From Hormiphora californensis (Eukaryota > Animalia > Ctenophora): DNA of 64,000 nucleotides. The position numbers and the translations under genes were made by a program. The notes beneath the pieces are model-generated. The model was not told the origin of the DNA. It searched no databases and saw nothing but the letters and a program-made list of their open reading frames with translations. The stretch is from assembly GCA_020137815.1 (NCBI GenBank), contig CM035361.1:2542001-2606000 (forward strand). The letters run 5' to 3'. Positions 54,119 to 64,000 of this stretch are shown here, in pieces (position 1 is the stretch's first letter; the number at the start of each line of letters is the position of its first letter).

Positions 54119-56428
54119 CTCTGCAATCTGACCGTCCTTACTCTCTCCCTTCAGCTCTGACACCTCATCCTGCAACTGAAACAAGCAATTAATTAGTTAG
54201 GTAATTAATTGGCAATTTATATATATGGTTGTGAGGGGTTTACATTAAGTATAGACACACATTAAAGCACACACATCACTGTTGTATTTATAGCGCAGGG
54301 TATTTTCAATTTTATTGCCCAAGTAATCCATGGCGGAGATTTAATCATGCACACTCTTATTAGTGATCCTATCACCGCGTGCTCCATGGTATCGTTAGGG
54401 GAAACTCTAACTGAATGGCATCCCATTAATGGGATCCCATCAGCAGTACAACTCTAACTGATAATGAACCACAGTGATGGTTCTTTCTCTGTATTCTCTC
54501 TGTGTGCGCGCCCAATCAATCAATGCCCGGGCATGCCCAATGTACTGCTACAGAGAGAATACAGAGAAAGAACCATCACTGTGGTTCATTATCAGTTAGA
54601 GTTGTACTGCTGATGGGATCCCATTAATGGGATGCCATTCAGTTAGAGTTTCCCCTAACACTTTCTAGGGCGCCCGCCTCCAATTCCGGTTGTAGCTGTT
54701 AGGGAATCGGAGGAGAGAGCACCCCAGAAAGTGTAACGCTATCATCATGGCACCCGGATGGTTAAATGAAATTACCTCCTTAACTCGCTTTGCTACGACA
54801 ACGGCTTGATCCAGCTTGGCTTTAAGATCCAAGTTTTCGATCTAAAGAGAAGGAGAGGGAAGGGAGACAAGGGTGGTGGGGTGAGTGATTAAAAAATGTG
54901 AGTGGGTGAATGAAAGACAAAATCAAACGTTTTTCCGGCTACAATAAAATCGGTGGTATAGCCCCTACTCGACCATTTAGACTAAGACAGGTGTTTTTCA
55001 TCTATTGTTCACTCTACGTATCAAATATCAAACTATTGAGATCTGGATTAGGTATAGACCCCCTCTTACACAAAAACTATAGAATATCCCATCTATTCTC
55101 ATTGCTTGACACTATCATATAATCGGAAACCCCCCGAATATGGAACAACCCAACCCCTAATATTTCCACCTGACGTGTCAGCAAGTCAGTCGTGAGAGTG
55201 ACGTTGCAAGGAAGATGCGCGGCGCGCCAACACAAGCTAACATTATGTACTTTCATTTTGGGAGACTCACTGCGCGTCCCTGACATTCAAATCATGGGTT
55301 TTTCACTCCGCTACTGATAGTTGCTCACTACTACTGATAGTTGCAGGTTGCTCACTACTACTGATAGTTGCTCACTACTACTGATAGTTGCTCACTACTA
55401 CTGATAGTTGCTCACTACTACTGATAGTTGCTCTTATCTACCAAACCCTAACAGAGCGGTGTGAGCTACATAATTGATAGTGGTACTGCACCGTTCATCC
55501 AATTTTTTCAAAGAGTTCAACACCGGAATTTTGTGCCCACTTGCCACTAGCGATTACAGACTAAATTTAGCGTGACAGACTCATTTTATCATGGACTTAC
55601 GTCTGAGGTGGAGGCTTCTTCTAGCTGACGCTTTAGGTCGTCATTCTCAGTTGAGAGCTGAGGGAAAAGGGTGGTGAATAGAGGGTGGAGGGAAATGTGT
55701 GGTGATTAGAGGATGGAGGGAAATGTGTGGTGAAAAGAGGGTGGAGGGAAAAGGGTGGTGAATAGAGAGTGGAGGGAAAAGGGTGGTGAATAGAGGATGG
55801 AGGGAAATGTGTGGTGAATAGAGGATGGAGGGAAATGTGTGGTGAATAGAGGATGGAGGGAAATGTGTGGTGAGTAGAGGGGAATGGAGTTTTATGAGTG
55901 CTACGAGTGGAGGATGGCCCATCCGATGGTAGCAACGATTAGGGCGGAACAATTGTTGGATTTATCAACCAAAATTTTAAGAATTAAGAGGTATAAAATA
56001 CAATATTGTGTAAAAAAGAGATCTAAAATACCTGAACGATTTCGAGGTTTTTCAGGGATAGTTTTTCCTGGAGAAGAGTGACGTCTGAGTTCGCCTGAAA
56101 AGATGGAGAGGGTTAGAATATGTGTGATAACATTAATGAAAATGGAAAGATCACACTCAAATCGATTTTGGGAGTGAGAAGAAAATGGATAATGGATATT
56201 GGTTGGAGGGGGGGGGGTACGATAATCGCAGCATAGAATGTGAGATGAGACCCCCACACATCTTTTTTTTCAGTTTATCCTGATGTCAGAAGTTCGGTAA
56301 ACGTTATCAGAGATAAGAGGGACGGTTAGAAAAATGATATGATAAAAAGAAAAATGTGTATGTGACGCGGGGAGAGAGAGAAAAAAAGAGAGAGAAAAGG
56401 GAGAGAGGGGGAGAGAGAGAGAGAGAGG

Positions 56429-56464
<36 letters not shown>

Positions 56465-59400
56465 AGAGAGAAAGTTGCAGGAAGCACGCATATTGAACAT
56501 AACGTAAGGAAACACTGCCTGTACTAACCAACCGATACCAGTAAGGCAAATACACACACGCACACACACGCTGTCATACAGGCTTATAACAAACCATGGC
56601 GTGTTGTTAAATGAGCCCTGTAAAATCGGACCCCTGTCTTCTACTTACTAGAACACACACGCACGCACGCTCACAGATATCACACCCATATCACACCCAC
56701 GTCACAGATATCACACACGCTCACACCCACGTCACACACAGACATCACACACATATCACACACGCTCACAGATATCACACACGCTCACAGATATCACACA
56801 CGCTCACACACATCACACACACAGATATCACACACACGCTCACACCTCCTTTAGCAGTTTGTTCATCATATGGCTCCGTTCTTGTTCCTCAATCACCTGA
56901 CTCTTACACTTTAGCATTGCCCCATTAACCTGGTGTGTGAGGGTTTGTCACGTTGTATATGTATGTAACATGTTGTCATGTTAGTTATATAGTTTGTCAC
57001 GTTGTATAACATGTTGTCATGTTGTATAACACTTTGTCACGTTGTATAGCGGATGTTAGCTGTACAATTTGTTGCGTTTTTGATTATGATTATGATTATG
57101 ATGTCTCGTTTTACAAAATTGTCATGATTGCTCTAAACTTTGTTTTGTGTCAACGTTGTCATGTCGTTACTTGTAAACTGATTCATCAATTGGTACATGA
57201 CCTCGATTTATTTGTCAAGTATTATATTTCACGCATGTCACATTGTCAGCTTGTTGTCTTCAACAAGACATTGTCAGCTAACTTTTTAACTTTTCAGCAT
57301 TTCAGCACGTCAAGTAAAATACCTACATTTTGTCAGAATACTTTGTCAGATTCACGTACAAGTTTTCAGAGTCACGTACTTTGTGAGAGTCACGTACTTT
57401 GTCAGAGTCACGTACAAGTTTTCAGAGTCACGTACTTTGTCAGAGTCACGTACGTCAAAATCACGGACTGTTGATTTTGATATTAGCACTGTACTTTCAA
57501 GGTTTCACATGCGCTTCACTCACACACAAATGCACCACACACAGTCTCACACACAGGGAATCACACTCAGTGCACACTGTCACACACACACACAGACAAA
57601 GCAAACACGCTATTAAACTTAAGGGAACATCATGGGAGCAATAAAAACAGCTAAACACGGAGACAAACTAGAAGTTACTAGAGGTCCTAGAGACTAGAAA
57701 CTATTAAATAGAGACTAGAGTAGAGAGTAGAGAGTAGAGACTAGACTAGAGACTTAAGATTAAAAAGATCTAATTGTTGTTTAAGCGACAAGGGGTCACA
57801 CTAATAATTGGACTTTAGAAATATAAATCGAGAAATTAAAAAAGCAAAATGTGGCAGTATACCTCAGCTAACATTTGATCAACAAGCTCATGTCGCTGCA
57901 TTTCATCCTTCAGCTGGGCCTTAACATCCTCAAGCTGCTTGCTCACCTGCGTTCAGAGTGGTTCGTATGCCCAAATATGGAGAATCTTATGCCCAAATAT
58001 GGAGAATCATATGCCCAAAAAAGGAGCTGTGGTACCAATTAGAGGACAGCTAGTGGTGCTGAAGACTAATCATGGGGATGCTGAAAGACTTTAGACAAAA
58101 CCAATCATTGAAGATAGAGGACAAGGCAAAACAAACTAAGACATAGCAAGCAAAGAAAAAGAAACTAAGAGTCTAGATAAAAAAGAAAGATACAAAGATC
58201 AAGCAGCCAGGCTTAGCATTTTAACAGAAAAAAAACACAGTGAGGTTGCTGCTTCAGATCAGATATTTCTAGCCCACTCTCACATGCAAAACAACACGTC
58301 TTGTGCAGGACATACCATATTTGGCAATGCAAATGACCAAATATGGGCATATATAAACCTGTTTGAGCTGCTGAAGGGTCTCTGCGTGCCACTTTTGCTC
58401 CATATCATTTTGTTTTTGTAACTGGATATATGATGGGCACACAGTGTGAATGGGTTGAAAAAACAAGAGGAATATAATTTAAAATGACCAGGGAAAAGAA
58501 GAAAAGGAAGGATAGGATGGACATGAAATTTTTTGGTTGGATTTTGTAGTGCAATCCTTTTAGAGGAAACAAATTATCCAATTAATTAGAAGAATGAGTA
58601 AACCTCTGCAATTCCAAACTCACCGTTTCGACATCCTCAGCGTTGCTCTGAGAATTCGATTGTTGCGTTTGTAGCTCTTCCATCTTTAGTAACGTCTCAC
58701 TGTGCCACCTAATAATATAAGGAAAATAATCAGGATTTTCGCATCTCGGCCACCTCGACAGGCGAAATGTACTCTACGCAAATTTGTCTAAACTCACTTC
58801 CATTTCCCACTATACAATGTAATATAGTGGGAAATGGAAGTGCGAGTATACAGGATATTCTATAATTTATGTAATTAAAATAAATTGTAATGTGGATATA
58901 ATAACCTTTTCTCCATTTTAAGCTGTTCTTCTGTCTCACTAAGTTTCGCTTGGCCCTCTGCCAAAAGCCGCTCTGTCTCAGCGAGGCGCTCTTCGCTCTA
59001 CACAGGGGGGGAGTTAGGTACATAATGTAGGGATGGGGAGGAGAATTATTTGGTCTACACAGGGAGGAGAGAGTTGGATAATAGGGGAGAGATTGTATGG
59101 GGGGATAGTCTGTAAGAGAATAAGGTATCTGGGTCTGTATGGTAATATCGGTCGGTTCCGTCTCATGATTCTGTAGGGATCAGGAGCTGAGAACCAGCTG
59201 TTATTAGGGAAGAATAATTTGGTAATTATGTATTGCAGGATGTATTGTGAAAATATGTAAATTGTAAAGTTCAGACATGCCTGGGTGACAAGTCCCAGTG
59301 CTTTCACTAAAACGGTGCAGTGTGCAGGAGTGTATGTGACCGGAAACGTCCGGATACTAAATGTGGAACTGCAAACAGGTGTGGAAAAAAACAGACACGG

Positions 59401-59732
59401 TACAAAATGGTGAGAATTTTAGAAGAAGTGAAATACACAGTCGGACCTCATTTTACCGGAATCTCATTTTACCGGAGAAAATGAAAGCATGATTTTGGAG
59501 GTTGTGTTTAACTGTTTGGGGTGTTTTGCAGGTGTTTACTGTTTGGGGTGTTTACTGTTTGAGGGAATGTTAATTGTTACCTGATTCCTTGAATCCTGAA
59601 CTTCAGCCGCCAATTTAGTCTCCAACTCGACAACTCGGCTTCTTTCCTGAGAGATGTAGAAAGATCAAGGAGTGTGTGAGAGAGATGTAAAGAGAGCGAG
59701 AGAGAGAGATAGATAGAGAGAGAGAGAGAGAT

Positions 59733-59792
<60 letters not shown>

Positions 59793-60130
59793 CTAGAGAG
59801 AGAGAGAGAGAGAGAGAGAGTAGACAGATCTCTCTCGCTCTCTGCTCGATCTATCTCTCTCGCATCGCTCTCTCGTTCTATCTCTCTTCTCTCTCTGCTC
59901 TCTCGCTTCGCTATGTAGATACTGCAGAGGAGAGGAGAGCCGCCGTCCTCTACTTTACCTGCTCCAGTTCAGCTCCTCTTTCCCTCGAGCTCACTGCTCC
60001 AATTCTGAAGGTCAGCCTCAAATCGTGTTTGCAGCTGTGACAAAATCTCCTCTGTCTTCGATAGGACACTCTGGAATCGTTCCGAGTCAGCGAGGGCACT
60101 ATCCCGTTCGGTAATGGCCAGGGCCAGTTT
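54119..60130 (-). CDS. 3' exons of a kinectin/RRBP1(p180)-like long coiled-coil protein (partial)
   Basis: Exon 60130-59959 reads DSERFQSVLSKTEEILSQLQTRFEADLQNWSSEL, resembling the KTN1/RRBP1 motif YxSVLAETEGxLxxLQxSVE.EE..W; a 1-nt indel in this exon is probably a sequencing error. Further short heptad exons near 59580-59647, 58905-58998, 58625-58707, 58359-58421, 57863-57946, 55601-55657, 54776-54842 and 54119-54175. Confidence 0.7.
54398..54655. mobile_element. Harbinger-like MITE with ~105-bp perfect arms
   Basis: tta|ggggaaactctaactgaatgg...ccattcagttagagtttcccc|taa. Confidence 0.8.
55660..55885. repeat. ~29-bp purine-rich minisatellite; a neighbouring 20-bp minisatellite lies at 55310-55433
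   Basis: ggaaatgtgtggtgaatagaggatggagg units; ctactgatagttgctcacta units. Confidence 0.85.
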
Positions 60131-61049
60131 CTGAGGGAAAGAGAGGGGTTAAAATGGGGTTACGACGGGGTTTAGACGGGGTTAAGATGGGGTTAAGACG
60201 GGGTTAAGACGGGGTGATTAGAGAATGGATAGCTTATGTTTTGTTTGGAATTTGTAGCTAAAGCTATACAAAGATTTGCACTTTCTGCATAAACTGATTA
60301 GACCCCGATTTACCAGTATGCGCTCCGAGAAAAGGGTTTTGCCCGGTAAATCGGGGTCCAACTGTATTGTTGCACATCTATTATTAAAGTTGAATACTGA
60401 GTAGTAATTCTATATTAATTCTATATGGAGAGCTGCAACCGCTCTAGACTAAAGGAGTGGCTAGACAGGAAGAGGTTAAACGATATTTCTCCTTGGTCTA
60501 GGGTGCCTGTGTGAAACGCACAATCGTTATCTAGCCTGGCACTAGTGGGGGGTTCGTCATTGGCTATCGGCTAGATGATTATTAATCAAAATTACAATTC
60601 TAATTAAAATATCAATTAATTAATAACTTGCCTTCTTGTATGTACTTGGCATAGTGACGAGCTAGTGAAATTGGTTTGAACAAATCGATTGAGACTGCGA
60701 GAATAAATATATGTCCTAAAATGTGGGACTAAAAAAGAGAACAGCAGCAAGAGCGTGTGTATACCTCACAGCCTTGGATTGAGGAAAACACAATTACACC
60801 ACGTGATATACACAGTGAGCACTGATTGGCTGGCTAGGGTCACGTGGTGGGAATACTGGATTCTGATTGGCTCCCGAGGGAAGGTCACGTGACCCATCGC
60901 CATGCACCCGGAATGGAGGGGAGAATAGTGCCAATGGCCGGAACCGTATGCATTCTCCCCACTCACTTGGGGTGACCAGTCATGGCCAGAGTGAGAAGGA
61001 GGGGAGAGAGAGAGAGAAAGACAGAGGGAGAGTGAGAGTGAGAGAGAGA

Positions 61050-61121
<72 letters not shown>

Positions 61122-61634
61122 GAAGACAGATAGAAAGAGAGAGAGAGGGAAAGAAAGATAGATAGAAAGAGATAGAAAAAGATAGAAACCGGGGACAGGG
61201 TGAGAAAAGTAAAAAACGGAAAACCGGTTAGTGACGTAATCCAGCAGGGTGTACGGGGGGCCGGGGGTTGCACTAATCGATTGTACACTAACATGTGACG
61301 TGTAACGACGGTGTAGTCACTCTGCAACTTACTACACTGCAGCACCTATATAGCTGCAACTGCAATCTCAACCTACTATAATACATACTAGCAACTATAA
61401 ACCAACGATGGTAACAACAATTAATGTGAAAAACAAGCCCATGGGCACTCGAAGAAGAAGAATTATCAACCATTAACCAATATAATCAAATATACTTCTA
61501 ACTTTTAACAGGGGAAAGCAACTTTAACCTATACAGCCTATAGAATCGTTTTATTAGACTATATTACGTTCTACAACATATTGTACAGCTGAGAGTCAGT
61601 GTATGCATTGAACACAGTGTGTAGATCAAGGCAA

Positions 61635-62570
61635 TCTATATTATAAAGCAGAGAACAGTGCAAGACAAAATTTGGGGGAGGGGGTTTTTGGGGCTTGCAC
61701 GTGGAAAATTGACGTGTTGTTAGGGGTGTTTGGTGGGGTTTGGGGAGTGCACGTGCGTGTGTAAAGGTTTTATAAATTTGGGGGATAATAGCTGATTTGA
61801 AAGAGCTTGAGATGTTCTTTCTAATGAGCCCAAGATTTTGGAAATTGGTTGAGAAATGACTGATTAATGGGGAAAATGGTGAAAAATGAGGGAAAATGTG
61901 GGGTTCTGAACTGCTTCAGATCACAGATTGAGAGAGGGGTGAGGGGAGTATTCATTATGGCGTTATAGGGGAGTAAATAGAGGGTGAGATGGAGTGAATA
62001 GGGGACGATATGATTCAATAGGGGCCGAGGGGAGTAAGAGGGCCGAGGGGGATAAGAGGGGTGATGACTGAGGGGAGTCAACAGGGGGAAGGGGGCGTGG
62101 AGTATGATCTCGCGACCGGAGGTGCCGCGAAGCGGCGCCATAGGGAGCAAAGTAGGCATGAGCCGGGGATCGGGATTGAGAGGAGTCAATAGAGTGTGAG
62201 AGTTTTTTGTTCTTTTGCCTGGGCTCTCTAGTCTATATTATAAAGCAGAGAACCTTGCAAGACAAAATTTGGGGGAGGGGGTTTTAGGGTTTGCACGTGG
62301 AAAATTGACGTGTTGTTAGGGATGGTTGGTGGGGGGTTTGGGGAGTTGCCATGATGGTGGGCAAGAGTTTAATACTGCACGTGCATGTTGTTGGGTGTTT
62401 TATTGCGTGTTCCTGTCGTGTTTTGTGGTGCTTGGCCATCTACTGCTGCGGCCCCGATGAATGCCACAGCTTTTCTACCAATTCGTATCCCAGCTTTAAT
62501 AACTCTACACAGCTCCAGTTCTACGGATCTTTATCACCTGATTCGGTATGTTCTTCAGCTGCAGTACTCT
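61635..62570 (+). mobile_element. Second head-to-tail Helitron pair (61635-62231, then 62232 onward; 3' end not located)
   Basis: A|TCTATATTATAAAG start and CTAG|TCTATATTATAAAG junction; the second unit shares its core with the 49860 family. Confidence 0.78.
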
Positions 62571-62637
62571 AAAGACTTCCCTGTACCAGCTTCCATTATA
62601 TTCACCAGCCCGATATGAAGACGACGACAGAGAGAAA

Positions 62638-62731
<94 letters not shown>

Positions 62732-64000
62732 TGATATCTCCATATTTTGCGTCGGCTCTCCCACCGGCCCTCCCGGCCATCTCGTATTTCACGACTTAGT
62801 GAAATTTTGAAAATTTCAACCTACCCCTACTACAACATGGAGACAGCCAAAAAGGAACAGCCAACTACAACTACTTCTTACATCCTCCAAACAGATAAGA
62901 CCGTTCATTTTATTTATTCATTACCGTCCTCCCTGTCTTTGCCTGTGTAGAAAGAGAAGAAAGGGAGGACGGTAATGAGGCAATCAGGGTGTTTACAGTC
63001 AGTTTGTTGTCACGTACTGTTTGTTCTCTCGTATCAGGCCTCCCTGATCTCTCTTTCATGCTTACCTGCCCGGTTCTGGTAAGCGTTATAGTGGTCCCTC
63101 CCTTCCTGATCCTGTCATTGGGCCCTTCCTCCGGCCAGGCTATTCTCGGGGCAGCTTTTCTTATAGTGCTAGTTTGGTTTACAGTGTTCCCACTAGTTCG
63201 AGTCCTTTTTTAGCTTATAGGATTCACCCACTCACAAGCCCTTCCCTTGGATTTTAGTATTATACTTCTTTTCCTTTTCATCCAGAGTTGAGCTCTTTCT
63301 CTTTTCTTATTCAATATTATCAATCTTCCTGTGGTATAAGTATCCATATAACCGCCCTCCCCTCTTTTTTCGTTTTGTATAGAGTGAGTCTCCAGGTATT
63401 GCAAACCTGGGGTATTGCGGCCTCACATTAGTCCCAGGTCCCTGTTAGGAACTGTAGGATAGATAGGCCCCTGAGTGTAGAAGCTAGAGCTGAGCAGAGT
63501 AGTAGAGACCCGAGCAATACTCTTCTTTTTCAGGTCTCGGGCGCCCTGTAGCCCCGCCTTTCTGACTGACTCCGGTACAGCCCTCCCAGGCTGAACCAAC
63601 CCCCTCTGACTATTCTCGCAAAGGCAAAACGTTACCTATCCCGACTAGTCCCCAACCACAAACAGCAGTGCAACATCTCAAAGGAAAAACGCTACCTATC
63701 CAATCACCCCTGACGTGCTACAATCTCAAAGGAAAAACGCTACCTATCCAGCCATATCATCCCTGATGTGCTACAACCTCTGTCCCCACACCTTTCCAGT
63801 CAATCCTCCCGTTCGGAACTCCACCCACACACCTAATCCGTCCCATATACCTATAGTGTTCTCCCACCACTTCCCATTTTGCTACCACCTCTTCCACTTC
63901 CCCTTACTCCAACCCCCTTTCCTTCTCCAGCTCCTTGTACCCGCTCCTACCCAGCGAACCCTCCCGTTCGAACCACCACCCCCACATCCAACCCGTCCCT

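Overview
Intron-rich, transposon-dense eukaryotic (early-branching metazoan) DNA. It is most likely a ctenophore such as Pleurobrachia; this rests on my recollection of its repeat families and is not verified. Host genes: a partial ZFYVE1/DFCP1 (+); a BACE-type membrane aspartic protease (+) that appears to have two alternative transmembrane/C-terminal exon sets; GEN1 (-) with a long repetitive tail carrying three NES-like motifs; a signal-peptide precursor with 10 [FLI]-x-[IVL]-[KR]-(G)...W peptide repeats separated by mostly acidic spacers (+, candidate neuropeptide or RiPP-like precursor); and the 3' part of a kinectin/RRBP1-like coiled-coil gene (-). Relics: a stand-alone LINE ORF1-like ORF inside a ZFYVE1 intron, a decayed intron-containing hAT transposase, a CRE-clade retrotransposon 3' end with a hairpin-type footprint, and an orphan two-exon STT3 fragment. 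Non-autonomous DNA elements with readable TIRs/TSDs include Chapaev-like, piggyBac, hAT, Harbinger, pogo/Tc1 and Helitron types, plus three unrelated 9-bp-TSD families that all carry a (TTAGGG)n core. About 17.0-19.9 kb looks like uncorrected low-quality sequence. All exon joins were read by eye and need RNA-seq confirmation.
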